Positions 26,832-41,460 of a stretch of 64,000 bases of DNA are shown here, one piece after another. The notes below the pieces were generated by a model. The model searched no databases. It saw only the letters and a program-made list of their open reading frames with translations, and was not told where the DNA came from. Position numbers and translations under genes: made by a program. Source of the DNA: Phoronis australis (lineage: Eukaryota > Animalia > Phoronida); the NCBI GenBank assembly GCA_002633005.1, contig NMRA01000035.1:186001-250000 (forward strand), in the 5' to 3' direction. Each line of letters opens with the position of its first letter. Positions within the stretch are counted from its first letter, which is position 1.

Positions 26832-27441
26832 NNNNNNNNNNNNNNNNNNNNNNNNNNNNNNNNNNNNNNNNNNNNNNNNNNNNNNNNNNNNNNNNNNNNN
26901 NNNNNNNNNNNNNNNNNNNNNNNNNNNNNNNNNNNNNNNNNNNNNNNNNNNNNNNNNNNNNNNNNNNNNNNNNNNNNNNNNNNNNNNNNNNNNNNNNNNN
27001 NNNNNNNNNNNNNNNNNNNNNNNNNNNNNNNNNNNNNNNNNNNNNNNNNNNNNNNNNNNNNNNNNNNNNNNNNNNNNNNNNNNNNNNNNNNNNNNNNNNN
27101 NNNNNNNNNNNNNNNNNNNNNNNNNNNNNNNNNNNNNNNNNNNNNNNNNNNNNNNNNNNNNNNNNNNNNNNNNNNNNNNNNNNNNNNNNNNNNNNNNNNN
27201 NNNNNNNNNNNNNNNNNNNNNNNNNNNNNNNNNNNNNNNNNNNNNNNNNNNNNNNNNNNNNNNNNNNNNNNNNNNNNNNNNNNNNNNNNNNNNNNNNNNN
27301 NNNNNNNNNNNNNNNNNNNNNNNNNNNNNNNNNNNNNNNNNNNNNNNNNNNNNNNNNNNNNNNNNNNNNNNNNNNNNNNNNNNNNNNNNNNNNNNNNNNN
27401 NNNNNNNNNNNNNNNNNNNNNNNNNNNNNNNNNNNNNNNNN
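26832..27441. other. Assembly gap (610 N)
   Basis: Run of N. Confidence 1.
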
Positions 27442-30400
27442 TTACACAATATACATGTAAATAATAAACACTACACAAGACGTCTTGAGCACTTTTCGCG
27501 TTTACTACAAAGCAGTAAATACAGAGGCAAAATAGTTTAGATTTTATAACTTAATTAGCAGAAGTAACGGCATGGCTTTCCACCAGAAGCTGACATGCCA
27601 CTGGCAGTTATGGTAAAGAATAAAGCAATAGGCACATCCTCCTTCAAAGCTGACATGAGTTTTAGATAATTAAAATTAACTGATCAGGTTTCCTAATTTG
27701 CTAATCTGTTTTGAGGTGGTGAGGTACTAATAGCATGTCTAAAATCTCTTGGTTTACAGTAATTTACATAATTTTCTAGACATGATGTTTCAGTTGGTCC
27801 TTTTTTCGGCCATCTTCAGCTGCTACACCATTAGAAGAATAAGCACAGGTATGTGGTAAACGCATGGTAGGCACTTGGATTATATATTTCCAGGTAGAGG
27901 TGTGGGGGGCGTCAGTCTAACATTCTAGCCCCTAGGTCACGGCGTCATATTTGACTTAGTCTTGGATGCCTCGATCAAGGATGGTTCAGTGGCCTAGTGG
28001 TGACAGTGTTGAACTGGCAACCAAAAGGTTCCAGGTTCAGACCTAGCTGTCTACCCATAAAAATATGATCGAAGTGCCTACCATGAGTGTACCTGAAATA
28101 CCCGTGCTCATTTTTCTAAGAATACTGTAGTGCCTGAAGATGGCCGTGGATTTGACCAGCCGCAAAACGTCCAGCTAAATTGGCTAGAGGTTAAATTGTA
28201 AATATTAAGACAAGATGTAATCATGTTTTAGTGTTACTTAGTTGTGATTGGATTTCCAGAACGGTTTTGGTCGATTGCCAAGTTAAAAGTGGAACACACT
28301 AATAAAGCATCTCTTGATGCACAACAAAACCTCTAGTCAATATTCAGTTCTGATCCAGTGGCGCTCAGCTTGACACCCAATGTGTAAGGTGGTAAGTTTG
28401 TAATCTGTCTCCATCAATTTAAATGTGAATGGGCTGCCCAAGGCATGAACCCACCGGTATGGAAATCAGTAGTCTGACTCCTAAACTATTAGAAAGACTG
28501 ATGATTTGATCTAATCCAATCTAATCTAACAAGAACCTTTTTGCCAATTCTTTTGCTGATGTTAATTTGCATAATTAGATAGAAGTGAAAACCACGGCGG
28601 CAGCGCACGTGTTCCGTATGTTCTGGACGACTATCACATTGAAGATGTCGATATGCAAAGACCAACTGTTGCAAAATTAGGGAGCTGGCAGCCAAGTGCC
28701 TCAGGTCTGTGACTAAACCAATAGTCGGATAATCATGTGTACTCAGCTCATCTGGATATTGAACAGCTTTCATGTTTAACCAGTCATTAACTTAACACGA
28801 TCAAACATCCAAGGGCACAAAAACACATGTGGTGCAGCTAAGGTTTAATCTTTGCAAAATTTCTAATGAACACATAACCAACATGGGGTAATTGACGTCT
28901 TTGTGGTCAAGTTTCAGTTGAACACTACCTCACATGGTCAGTAAATCGGCTCACTTTGAGTGGACAGAAAAGCCAATGTTGTGGTCTTAATTATTACCCA
29001 GCCAACAGAGCACTAGATATCTTGTGGTGCTTTCCCATCAGGGGATCTTCGCTTTACAGAAGCTTTGCCAAAACTTCGCTTACCATTCCGACTAGACAGT
29101 GATATCGAAGTTATCGCTAGATGGCGATATAGTCGTCGGAGTAGACACCAGACGGCACAGTTCATTCGTACTCTCACACGAATATTGAGTAATGGGTTCG
29201 AGGCTAACTGAAAATCTTCCTCTCGCCATTTACCTTACAAGTGTTTATGAAAATGATCAGGGTGATTCTTCATCAGATGAGCTTTCTCTTATTTATTTAG
29301 GTGTGTCTATTGAGAGCACATGTGGCTATGTTTCATTCTGAACGAACTGGAGCCTACCAAAGGTAAACTAACTCTTCAAAAACAAAGAACACGTTTTGAG
29401 GGATATCTCATTGAGTCTCGCGTGACCGTACATCATTGCCGCGACCTCAACCGATAACTTCGACGAAGCTTCACTCTGACTATTCCCACTACACCGAATT
29501 TTCATTGAGTACCGAAGCTTCGCTTTTAAATCCTACTATTTTAGCGAAGTTATGCTTGCACTTAAATTACACGAGTTAACCTTTCCCGTGCCCACTTGCC
29601 GATCCGATCGGGTAAAAGCAGTTTTGCCTCTAATGGGAAAGCACCATTAGACAAATGACAAATGACCAGCCAAAGAAAAGCCTATCAGAATAATGGATGG
29701 TAAATCATATTGCCTGTCAGAGTTAGACTCCCACTGCAATGACTGAGTGGCTTAGATATAAAATGACACCCATTCTGTGCCCACCCCAGTTGCTGTGTAA
29801 AGTGCAGTGACCTGTTCTTTTTAAGTAACATTCCAAACTCACATGAGGCAGTATAATACCTTTTATCACATTTATGGAGGATGTCTGTCGGGTTGTTAAA
29901 ACAGGATTTCTTTGACACTCTATGAGATATTCTTAAACTTTTAACAGACTTTTGTTGGCACAAAACAAGATGTTGATTTTTATTTAACATCAAAAATTTT
30001 TGTATTTCATGGCATGATGATAGATTTTTCAACAAAAAGGAGTTCTACTTCATTGTTCTGCTGTCTTGTATTACTCAGATGTCAGCAAATAATACTCAAA
30101 AACATATGACCTTTGGAGAAACATTTGACCTTTGGTAAAACGACAAAACGTCAATTTTGCAATTCTTTTGTCAATAACAAGAGTTTTTAAGTCTCTTCCT
30201 CAAATATAAACAAATATACTCAACAATGATCTTCCTTTATTAAACAAAAATGCAATTTATCACCAACCGACCTCATATTTTCCAATGGTGGAATGGGAAA
30301 TTCGCCAGCAACCAAAACTTCGGAAAACCTCAGAATTAGCTACTTTCACTTTAAAAAGACAATCAGCAACTCTTTAGATTGAAAATTTAATGTATAACAA

Positions 30401-32409
30401 GGTTTATTGCGATTTGATATTTCATTGGTTCAAAAACGATAAGGCAACTAAAGTTATCGATTTGGGCCAGGCGTGAGTTACGTGACACGTAATCATGACC
30501 CATTGACATCCCAAGCTACATTTTAGCACCTTTGCCTGCCGACGAACGTCAGGTAAAAGGACTGAATGCGCACCAGTCAGATAGAGCCAGCAGAGATAAA
30601 CTGATACAAAATGATAATTTTTGATGACATGAGCTTTAAGGTGTATTACAAGAGGAAGTCCCTGCAGTGTTCATTTACACTTACTGACACCAACAGTGGT
30701 AATGGATGTGGAACAATTAGAAGCCTTTCTGCAAAATTACGTAACAAAACATAAGAAATGAGATGGCTGTTTTACATACCATGTATTAAATATCTGTAAC
30801 ACACTAATAAAGTCCAAAGTAGGATGTGATTTAGTTGCGAAATTTTTAACGTTTACAAGCCTTACAATAATTCAGTGACCGTATCAGGACAGAAATAATG
30901 TTGTTAGCATCAAAAGAAAAGTACTGAATGAAAACTAATTAATTATTTTACACATAACTAGCCCTAATGAAACAAAAGGAACTTCATGTCAGACTTCCTT
31001 CATATACAGAAATTAATCAGGAAATGAAACTGCCTATAGCAACACGAGCTCATAGTGACGGCAAGGAAACAGTTTACAGTTCTCAGATTACTAATAAAAC
31101 ATTACGACAAATCTATTAGTCGTGATCATTTTAACAATAACCTCATGATGAAAATATAGGATCTTTCTTGTTAAAAACACCATTACACAAACAACTAATC
31201 AGACTGATTTAAAGTCCAATAGTGCCGTTTAATATTTGTAAGAGTTTTAACTGCTCAACAGTGTGTAAAAAGGTTTGTGAAATTATTTGCTAGTACAAAT
31301 ATTTGTCTATAGCTCGAAAATATTCCAAGAAGAGGGTTATAATTTTAAAAATGTTGACTGGAGAAACTAGTATTATTGCTTTTTATTTTCAAAGCCAATT
31401 TTGATTTAAAATCAAACACCATACTGTTTATAATATTACATCTAATACTAGTAACAAAGTGTTTTCATAAAAAATTGAAATGAAAGATAATGGTAAGTCT
31501 ACTTTATGAGAAAACGGTATTGATAAATTTATGCAGACCAGTATTGTCTTAAAGACACGTCAGTTTGGTTATAGACAAGAAAACAAAGAGTTTTGGTTTA
31601 CCAGTCAAAAAAATAAATATAAGTTTTGAATTGTATTTTGCTACGACTAAAATACTCAATATAAGTGTCTAAGTGTAAAAAAGTAATGCCGCATTTTACT
31701 CAATTCCTTAAGATATTGGAGAGAATTTTACATCTAAGTCAGCATTTCGTTAAACAACAGTACTTTAGATGAATACCAGGTACTCTGGAGAAAGTGGTTA
31801 AACACAACTGTTTTCCACACCATTCTCAATGCCATGAAGACAAGGAGGTGTGCGCGGGGGGTGTGCGCGGGGGTGTTTTTTTTTTGTGTTTGAATGTGTT
31901 GTTCTTGAGTTCCTATTTTATGTATAGGTATATGATGAGACTTGTTGTCACATGAAAAAAGTGTGTAAAAAGTGAGAGAAAAACAGTACTACAAAAGAAT
32001 ATGCTAAGATTCATGGTGCAACCAACTGAGCATTTGTAAGTATCATTCTCCAGACAGCCTATGAGGACTATGGTCAGCGGAAATACAATGTTTAGTGGTT
32101 ACTAAATACAAAACAACATAGCTTGTCTGTCATGCAACTTTTGATCAGTCTGACGCCGCAAATGATGATTGCTCTTGAATTTGAACACAAACAGGAGGTA
32201 TTGCTAGCTGTGGATGAATAATGAATCATAATTCCAATATTAAGATTGCTTCCTCACATTAAAACAGAGAAAAACTCTTCAATCGACTTAAGGCGGTCAT
32301 TAATTGGAGAAAGCACGCACAGAACTGAATCGGTCTAATCTGTAAGAATAAATCAGCTAATTTACCAGTTTGAGTGTCGTTCCTTTAACCATCAGTTTGG
32401 GAAAATACT

Positions 32410-32523
32410 GTACATATATATGTAATGTATATGTATATGTATATGTATATGTTTATGTATATGTATATGTATATGTTTATGTATATGTATATGTATATGT
32501 ATATACATATGTATATGTATGTA

Positions 32524-32568
<45 letters not shown>

Positions 32569-32583
32569 ATATATATGTATATG
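32410..32583. repeat. Compound microsatellite (TATATG)n/(TATGTG)n/(TA)n
   Basis: Direct inspection. The shorter allelic version lies at ~26513-26592. Confidence 0.95.
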
Positions 32584-34974
32584 TTGTAGCTGTCTGTCAC
32601 AACTCAAAAATGTTAGATTTGTGCAATCAATCAGTGCATCATCAGTGTTATTTGCCTGGTTTGGGAAAATGATGCAAAACAAGTGGATTTTAAATTACTG
32701 TCGTAATGATTGCTTGTGCAAAACTTCAAAATTAGTGACCCGTGAACCGTGAGTGTTAATTGTCATTAGTAGAAATGATGACGTGAAACAGTTCGTCACT
32801 GATGAAAACATTTGCCGTTCGAAAATTAGATGTTTGTACAAAGGCCAGCAAGCAATCCTTACTGTCTTACGCTTGACAAGGAAATGAATGGCTCTTTAAA
32901 AATAAATTGCAGCTCTTGCAAAAAAAATCAAAGACGACAAAATCGCCAGTTGTCCCACGTGGCTAGATCTGACAAGCAGAAAGACCTGCAGTGTTATGTA
33001 GAGCTAGTGAAAGAAACACATCAAAGCATTTTGCTCTGTTAGGATGGATTCATAATCATAAGACCCCAATCAATCTCAGCTTCATGTTTAATGCTCGTTG
33101 CACATTTTAATCTCTGACGTAGCCTAATGCTTAATGCAAACCACCGTTCGCGTGACAGCTTCAGTATGTTAATAGCCTCATTTGTAGAACTCATTAGTTG
33201 CAGCCTTTAATGAACTGAAACCTGACAAATAAAAAACATTTCTTGCCACAACAGTACTGCCAATGCCCCCTAGACAGCGTGACGTTTCTAAGCGTATTTG
33301 TCAGTATTGTGCATTAATATATCATTTTGATAAATTATGCAGTTACAAACCCACCAGCGGCCAAAATTTTGGGATCAATAAGTCTCCATACTGACAAGTC
33401 ATACCATCACATTGACCACTGCTACGATGATGCTGATGTAATCCCTTTTAAAACCACTTGAGAAGTAATGGAAATCTCATCATGATTCAATCGTGGGATC
33501 CTTCAGTTTGCAAGCCATTACCGCAGCGCCACCTACACGTCACCGAATTCTCAGGTCTTTTAAGTTTTTTATGTCAGTCGAATCCTGATGCCAAGTTTGT
33601 TTTTAAATAACCGTAAAATATAAACCACTTCGTGAATGCACCTCTCCAACAAGGCATCGCAATTCCTTCCGCCTCACTAATGCACAGAAAGTGTATTTTC
33701 AAAGGAGCAATTCCATTTGCAACGGACGTACGGTCAGAGAGCAATTTGATAAATTGTGAAAAAATATTCAACCTAGAAAAATAATTAACACTGCAACTGT
33801 TAAGTGTCATTAACGTCTTTCAGTGAATACATAACTTTAGTCTTTTCTCTTTGCTTGACCAGGAAAATTGCTTTTAAAGGGGTGTGACAGACAGAGGCAG
33901 AACATTTTTGAGAATTATTTTTTAACTGCACTCTTCTTTTAATTATTATTTGTGAAGTGCAACACTCTCATCATCTTTTTAACTAAATTTGACAGACAAT
34001 AGTCGAGTGTGATGGACGTATGTGACAGACTAGTATCAAACTACTTGTTGTGGCTGAGATATCCATTCAGACTAATTCCAACTTCAGATTCAAGCTATAC
34101 TGACTGGCCTTTTGCAAACAATTCAAAGTCAAATTGATGAAATGAAACGGCTACTTATTTTCTCAAAATCAAACAACATCGATTTACCTTTTGTGTGAAA
34201 TTATCACCTTAGCTAAATCTATGTGTGGGTATGAAGATGTAAAACAACATCTATTTTTTGCGACAATCAATGGACAAAGAAATGTAATGAAAGAGTCGGA
34301 CATCCAGACAATTGACCTATTGAAAGGATTTTGAGTGACGGCTTAATTGACCAATAAGAACACAGCATTCTTGACACACCTTCATTTCCAAGCCGCCATT
34401 TTACCCGACAAACAAAACGTTGCCGTGTAAAACTTATTGTTTGTTAGCCGACATTATGCAAGGGGGCAAAGCTTGCGACAGGTCAATTAATGGGATACTG
34501 CCTATATGCGACCACAAATGTTTTTGTAGGTGTATCAAGATGTTGTAAGAGTGATTAACTCACACAAGACAGCACCACCTAAACAGGTTCCAGTGAGTGA
34601 ATACATTCTTGCAAATACGGACAGCCAATGCAAATGTGATCGTAGACTTTACACCCACCATGAAGTTCATTGAATGTAATTTTGATAAGTGAGGCAGTGT
34701 TCAGGTGAATGGGGGCTGTCACATCTGTCGTCACAGAAACCAAAACCATTCAGTTGACTTACTGTGTAGTTATGCAAGAGCTAAAGTCACAACACAAACC
34801 AACCTTTGTTTTAGAAAAGCTTTCACGCAAGTTACGCACATGCGCCTTAGCATCCCAAAATGAGCAAAATCGCGGAACAAAGGCAATTTCCCATAATTCT
34901 ATGAGATCAGAATACAGAATGTACACAACCGAATAGGTAAGACTTGAGTGAGTCCCATCCGCGTAAGTAATTAC

Positions 34975-35139
34975 CTTTTTAACATACGACGCGGCATCTT
35001 CTTCTGAGTAAGGTTCTGCACTAAAAGCACCTCGCCTCGTCAGCTTCCTCTGTGGTTGAACTGGTATAGGGGTGCAATCATCCTCCGCTTCCTCAACAGG
35101 TGGTGTTGATGGCTTGCTGACTTCATCTTCCTGTTGTTC
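34975..35139 (-). CDS. PRKAR1: PKA type I regulatory subunit, linker/pseudosubstrate exon (equivalent of human PRKAR1A exon 3)
   Basis: TTCTTCAG|GAA...AAAAAG|GTAATT, 165 nt, phase 0/0. Encodes EQQEDEV...[25 protein letters not shown]; RRGA is the type I pseudosubstrate (human [21 protein letters not shown]). Confidence 0.96.
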
Positions 35140-38100
35140 CTGAAGAAAGAACAAGAGTCAACAAATGACGTAATGTGATGTAGCGATGGGGCCCCTGTGG
35201 ATGTCAGAGTGCGAGGATTCGATTAACGCAACTGGCTCAGAGAATTACAAGACACTCTGGCGAAAAACACACAGGTGAAACGAGTAACAGATTAAGGTAG
35301 TCAATGTAAGGCCAAAAAAGCACAGATGTTTTGGTTGGCCTGAAAATTGATATGGTGGAGCTACGGTATTAATTTACATGCTCACTTCTTCAAGACGAGC
35401 AAAAGTGAAGCAAAGTTCTGTTTTTTTTCATAGTTGTGCCACGTAGAAGTTGGACTGTGAAGAGAAATACAAGCATGAAGCTCGTGTGTAAGCCAACAGC
35501 ATACGAGACTAGATACACTGCAAACCAAACGCAGGATTGTCTGTAATAGAAAACCCGCCTTGTAATTGCTACAAATCCTACTCAAATTCTTCTGTTTCGT
35601 CACACAACTCTCGGCAAATATTTCTGTGTAGTTTCGTGTAATTTATTTTGTAATAAACACCTTCTCTGTGACCAAGTCAGCTTTTTCGATATCTTACCTT
35701 AAACATTAATATCAAAATTTTTTATCACATTATTGATAATAATAATTATATTGCTATAAAAGGCTTGGTCACACGATCTAATTAATAACAGGTTGGCAAA
35801 AAGTCAAAAATAAAATTCTACACTTTGTACTTTCTGATAATATATACGTTTACTGAGTTAAAAACTATAGTTTTGTAGATATTTTGCTAAGCGCACAGAC
35901 ATGTTGATAAGGAAGTACATAACCTTAAATACTCCAGCTTTACCATTATCACACTTGTTATACAGCCAACAAAGCCCTGACTACCTACATTAGTCAATTC
36001 GACACAATCTGTAGATAAGTTGCCAGAGGCTTTCTAAAAAATCAATGGTTCTACAATGATTATCAAATCAAACATACACACACGATGTATACAGACACAC
36101 GCGTAATTCCAAAGTGGGTATGGGAAGCAGGCCAACAAATACTATTTGCATACAAAACCGAAAATTATCATTCCGGTAAAACCTCACCAATTTCGCAGAA
36201 AAAAGTAATTGTCAAAATTTCAGTTTTTTTCATTTTTCAATGGCTTCCATCATTGTTGTTAACGCCCACAAGTTTTTCAAAATATTGCCTGTTGGTAGCT
36301 TTGCTACCAAACCTGGATATGGCAAACCATCATTCTGGTACGCAAAAAAAAATATTGCGTCTTAGATTGTCGAGATTTTTATTGTATACTTCTGCTGGAA
36401 AAACCCCACGTGACTGTGTACATACACACACTCAAATGCAGCCATGGCAAGAAAAGCAAGCAGTTTGCTTCTGCTATGCAAACAAAGCCAGATTTTGATT
36501 GAAGAATTATTGCACATCAAAGAGAAGGAAGTCATAGAAAAGGTAACCCACATGTCTTTGGATAAACATAACCTACCATCCAACCTAAACCAGGGTCTCA
36601 AGATGTGTTGGGAGACAAAAGATGAACAACAAGCGGCAAGTTCAATCAGATCATTCAGACCAGAGACATGCAGTCCTAGCCCTGGGGCCTGATTCACGAG
36701 TCTAAAACCACATTTACACAAGGAGTCAGAAGATCTGAATGAAGTCTTCGTTTAGATGCGAGTACAAAAATGTTAAGTTATGACAGTTTGGTGAAACATG
36801 GCCCAGAACCACATCAGCTATCATTTAAGGTTATGTAGGACCTTCATTGACAGGTCCAAAATAACTACAAAATTATTGATTTTAACTCAATAAAAATAAA
36901 TATTTCAGAAAACTAGAAAGCCTGTAGCATTTGATTTTTCACTTCTTACCAATCTATTGTTAAACGGGTCAGTTGACCATTTTAGTAAGACTTGAAAGAG
37001 CGCTATCATTAATGAGTGCACTTGAAAACTTAGGATACCTACTCATTCAGAGAGTGAGTTTGAAAAAGGGACCCATTAGTAGGGAGATTTCGTGAGTCGC
37101 CCTTTCCTAGGGTTTTAACCCATAAACCTAACCCTACTTGAAGGAATTCTTGGACTGCTAAAGTTTAAGGCTTGGGACAGAAAAAAATAGTACATCTTTT
37201 ACAATCACAGAACTAAAAGTATACATAATACGGTATTGTTGGAAATAAAACATTTGTACATAGTTTTAACTCCACAACTGAACCCTTCTAGAGGGAATCA
37301 CAAAATAGGATTTTTTTGTGAAAAAGCACTATTCCCCACATAACTGGTTGTAAAAAAGACACACACCCCCGTCCCCAAGCAACACTTTCCACATACCTCT
37401 TCTGTGGGAGTACCCCCCACGGTTTACTACAGCAAAACTGACTCTGCATAGTATAAAATGAAAAGCACGCCTTTGCAAACTTTTAGCAATGGTATGGGTC
37501 AATTATTCTCTTTCATCTGAGAGCACACAGCAGAATTATGGTTTTAGACTCACCGTACAACATATGTGTCTACAGTGAAACCAGTAAAATACAGACCCTG
37601 GATAATGTCGGCTTACTTGGACCCAAGTGTTTGCAAACATACCTTTAATGAGATTATGGGAGAAGGGGAGATTAACGTAAATATCGATTCACTAGTCCGT
37701 CAGACAGTTGTTACATCTCAGAAAATGCATCAGGGATATAACAAAAGAACAGAGATCACTGTTCCGCCAACATGGCCCAGGGGCAATATCAGGTCAAGCA
37801 CTGCATGTTGCAAGAGATTTTAGTAATTGATGATTAAATGAAATTTTTCCAAGTCTGTTGCTTTGCTAAATTTTTCGTTTTTTTTGCTTCTTTGTTCGCA
37901 TGCTGCAGGTTGCATTTTTCATGAGTTCAACGAGATATTACACAGGGCATGTCTTGTGAATAGCTCGAATCCTATGTTTCTTGTTGAAATCGGACACAAG
38001 ATGGCGCTGTGGCAGCCATTTTTCACTTTTTCGTTTATGGAGCCAAAGCTCCGCTGTCACTGGAAGGTTTTTTGATTTTTCTCTGTGGATACATCATATT

Positions 38101-38291
38101 TATTTGATTGCATAACCAACAATGGTTCTTCCCTCCGATTTCTTAATATTTTTTTAGATTAGCGTGTTCTTACTGCGTCTTAATTCTGCTCTCACTTTCA
38201 CTGACTAAACGAATCGCTGAATTTCTATTGAACACAAACACATCCTGCGCCACTCATGTTTGAATGAGTGGAAGTGAATGTTAAACCAAGA

Positions 38292-38373
38292 TGCAGACTT
38301 ATTGCTGGGCCGTTTACGTTATTTTCAATAGCTGCAGACTTATTGCTGGGGCGTTTACGTTAGTTACAATAGC
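38292..38373. repeat. 41-bp tandem duplication
   Basis: TGCAGACTTATTGCTGGG(C/G)CGTTTACGTTA..T.CAATAGC x2. Confidence 0.85.
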
Positions 38374-39684
38374 TACAGAGACAGTAAATATATACCATGG
38401 GAACACAAGTTACTGAAAAAATGTCTTTCCAATATTACCAGTGATCTGTAATTTCGGTAAAAATATCGTTGAAAATGGTAGCTTTCCTCTCTAAAACAAC
38501 AGCCTACAAACTCTTACTTAGTTCAATCAGCCACAATAATACCAACAAGTGCATATACGTATATATCGGTTCCTGAGACGATAATCATAACTAGAGACAA
38601 GCCAAAGAGAGTAGCATTATGTTGTTAACTACCCATCAGACAACAGACGGAATAAATTCAACTTGAACGACATGGACATCACGCCTATAAATGCCGAAAC
38701 AATAGACAGCAGCTGAGAAACCCCCCTGAACAAGCTCATGAAGATATGCAATCATAGATCTAAACACCCATCAATAATCTCCTCTATCTGCAGTTCAATC
38801 TCCCTACTTTGTAAATTGATATAAAACATAGGAAATAAAGGTGGTTACAGTTGGTTTCATATCAAGTACGGTAGTTACATGTCGCCAGCAATAAAAGATT
38901 TTTTAACTTAAAGCCTGCGAGTAACGGAACTGTGTTGAAAATCAGAATTCTCCAAAGATGCATTTTCACATCCTATATCGAGTTCATTATACTCTTGTCT
39001 TCACTAGAATTAAGATACGTAGTTGACAGTAGAAGTCGAAACCACATGTGTCGTTGTCTATGAAGTTTTCGGCAAATAGTACAATTTGAACTTGTAATGG
39101 GGTTGCCAGTTCTTTGCAATGCCAATTCCAATCAAAGTAAAGAACAAGGTCAGAGAAATTTTTAATTTAAAGAATTTGAAGGCACTCACTCGAGACTTAC
39201 TAAATTTTTGACATCAAAAAATCACTGAAAGTAGGTGGGGTGAGATTTTAAACACCATAATAACCTAGCTTGGATGAAGCTATGTAGAGTCCCCAGTCCC
39301 CAAGTAAGACGGAACTTACACATGGAGGAGGGTTGCTGGTCAACCTCACTGGTGGGAAGTCACTCCTAAGTCTAGTTAACATGGTAAACTGCGAGCGCAC
39401 CTCAAACAGACGAGTAGGAGTTGCCGTTCTTGTTGGACCAACCGTAGGAATCACCTGAGCCAACAAAGTAACGACAGTTCCTGGGCATTTAGAGAGCCAC
39501 TCTAGCAGTGTACTTATGCAACAATGAAAATAGCAAGAGCGAGAATACTTGAGGTAGCAGTGAAGTGTAAACAGTGCTGAAGGTAGAAGTGATGACATGG
39601 CAGCAATCAGAAGGGATGCACTTGTTATTCTAAGGTCCTGTCAAAACAGGCTACATTTCATTAACTGGACTATGGTTATACAGG

Positions 39685-40093
39685 ACCTGGGCCCCGTCTC
39701 CAATCTTTTTACTCGAAATGGAACTCGAAATTAGGTTTGGCATTTTCTGCTCTACTTTTGGGCGAACTCAAGATAAGTGTCTATTATTCTAAGCTCGAGT
39801 ACACAATAACTTACGTAGATAATTCATTGCCCTTAGTTCACAGTTTGTAAACCCAATATTAAAGCAATAAGTTCGAGTTTGAACTCGAAATTTCGAGTTT
39901 TTACTCGTGCTTGTAGCGCGAATATAATGGTCTCCAAGAGCAAACTTGAACTAGAAACTCCTATGCATAAACTATAATGTATTCGAGCACAGTCTGATAA
40001 CCAATTATTTTAAGTTCGCACAAAAGGAGCAGAGAAATTGCCAAGAATAGTTTCGAGTTTGTTTCGAGTACAAAGATTAGACCGGGCCCAGGT
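39685..40093. mobile_element. ~410-bp foldback MITE with long TIRs
   Basis: ACCTGGGCCCCGTCTCCAATCTTTTTACTCGAAA versus reverse complement ACCTGGGCCCGGTCTAATCTTTGTACTCGAAA. The arms stay similar for over 100 bp, with repeated CTCGAA/TTCGAG motifs. Confidence 0.8.
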
Positions 40094-41311
40094 TTACAAG
40101 TATGCCTATCTAGCCTGCTATCCACAAAACTATTAGACATTGTTTAGGGTTCTACATGCCCTTAACACCAAGTAATGCAGACTGTGTGTGCACAAGACAG
40201 GAGCTATTCAGTCCCAAAAAGTAATGGTCTCTGTTGACTGAATTACATTACAGTAAAATTTACCATTTCGAATAAAAACCATATGGGCGACTGGTATTTA
40301 CCAGGTGGTGCTCATAAAGGTAGCTCCATTTAACATTTGAGAAGATAGAGAACAGAAAGCAGTTCACCGGCATGGTGATGTTCGTGTGATGAGGGAGCCC
40401 CATGATTAACCTGAATGCAAGAATTTCTATGGGAAGGATCCTAGCTTCACTTGCGACACCTAGTGAGTGAATTTCACATTCCTTATTGGTAAAACTGAGT
40501 CTGCATGTTGTCACGTAATTGGTGAATTTAGTGGCCACGGCAAAAAACGACAGTAGCATGACTTAAGGGCATCCGCGAATGTTTGTTTTCTGGAAGCCAC
40601 GGTCAGACCCCCTTTACAACATCCTAGATCCGTCACAGCACAAACAATGGAACCACACATAATCTACAAGAGAGTAATGTCACACCATCAGTTCATATTG
40701 GAATCAATGTCGTAGTGATTATTAGACAAAAAACAATGTTAGCTGTAGTGTTCCTGGTTGGAAGAGCTAGGTAAAATCTCAGAAGGCTCCTTTACAAATA
40801 ACCACAGCAAACCCCTGAGGACTGAACACAATGGATGCATTTCAGAGAGCTTCGTTACCATTGGTTTAAAATAAGAACCAATACTGCCATTATAATTCAT
40901 ATTGGCTGATAGCCAGAGGAGTTTTCACTGGTGGTGCTCTGATTGGTCTCACTGGTAAGAGAGGACATATTTACAGTAAAATCGCACCAATGTAGAACAA
41001 AAAATTGCCAACTTGACCGTTTTTCCCAGACTTCTAGCATTGTTTTTATTGCCCATGATTTCTCAAAACATTGTCTTATGGCAGCTATCTTGTATTTTAT
41101 GAAAAAAGAAAAAAGAAAAGTTCACGTGTCCAACACATTGTTTTTTAAATTCTTGTCTTCCGCAATGATCGCTCTCCCATGCCATGAGGCAAGAAATAGC
41201 GGCCCATCTCCAGATACGGCAGGCAGGTCAGCAGCCTCGTTTTCGCTCCTATGGAGATTCACGTGTTAGCATGTCGTCTGAATACTTTATATTTCATATC
41301 AGATTTAAGTC

Positions 41312-41460
41312 ATGCCGGGAAAGTATTACTGCTGCACCATGGGCTGCAGCACCGATTCAAAGGTGTGGGATAAGCTGGATAAATATCCATGTGAGCAGGA
41401 AGTCACATTTCACCCTTTGCCGACGTTTCTGAAGGACAAAAGACAGCGAAACCGGTCACG
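41312..41460 (+). pseudogene. Truncated THAP-domain N-terminus, DNA transposon remnant
   Basis: MPGKYYCCTMGCSTDSK...VTFHPLP fits the THAP M-x-C-x(2-4)-C...F-H-x-F/L-P pattern. The distal Trp and CxxHF are missing. Confidence 0.6.

Larger units (their letters stand above)
21543..32583. repeat. Tandem ~5-kb duplication (21543-~26590 / 27442-~32580) across an assembly gap, probable allelic haplotypes
   Basis: The second copy starts exactly after the N gap with TTACACAATATACATG, as at 21543. Scattered SNPs and indels occur throughout. Confidence 0.9.

Noticed and set aside
26750-27540. Long ORFs of 216-237 aa
   Set aside because: They consist of X residues from the N gap.
32370-32752. VY/HI/TH repeat ORFs
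   Set aside because: Translations of a microsatellite.
37554-37640. ATG-initiated 29-codon segment ending at ACG|GTGAGT in phase 0
   Set aside because: The peptide looks random and the ATG overlaps another donor-like motif; I cannot distinguish it from chance without RNA data.
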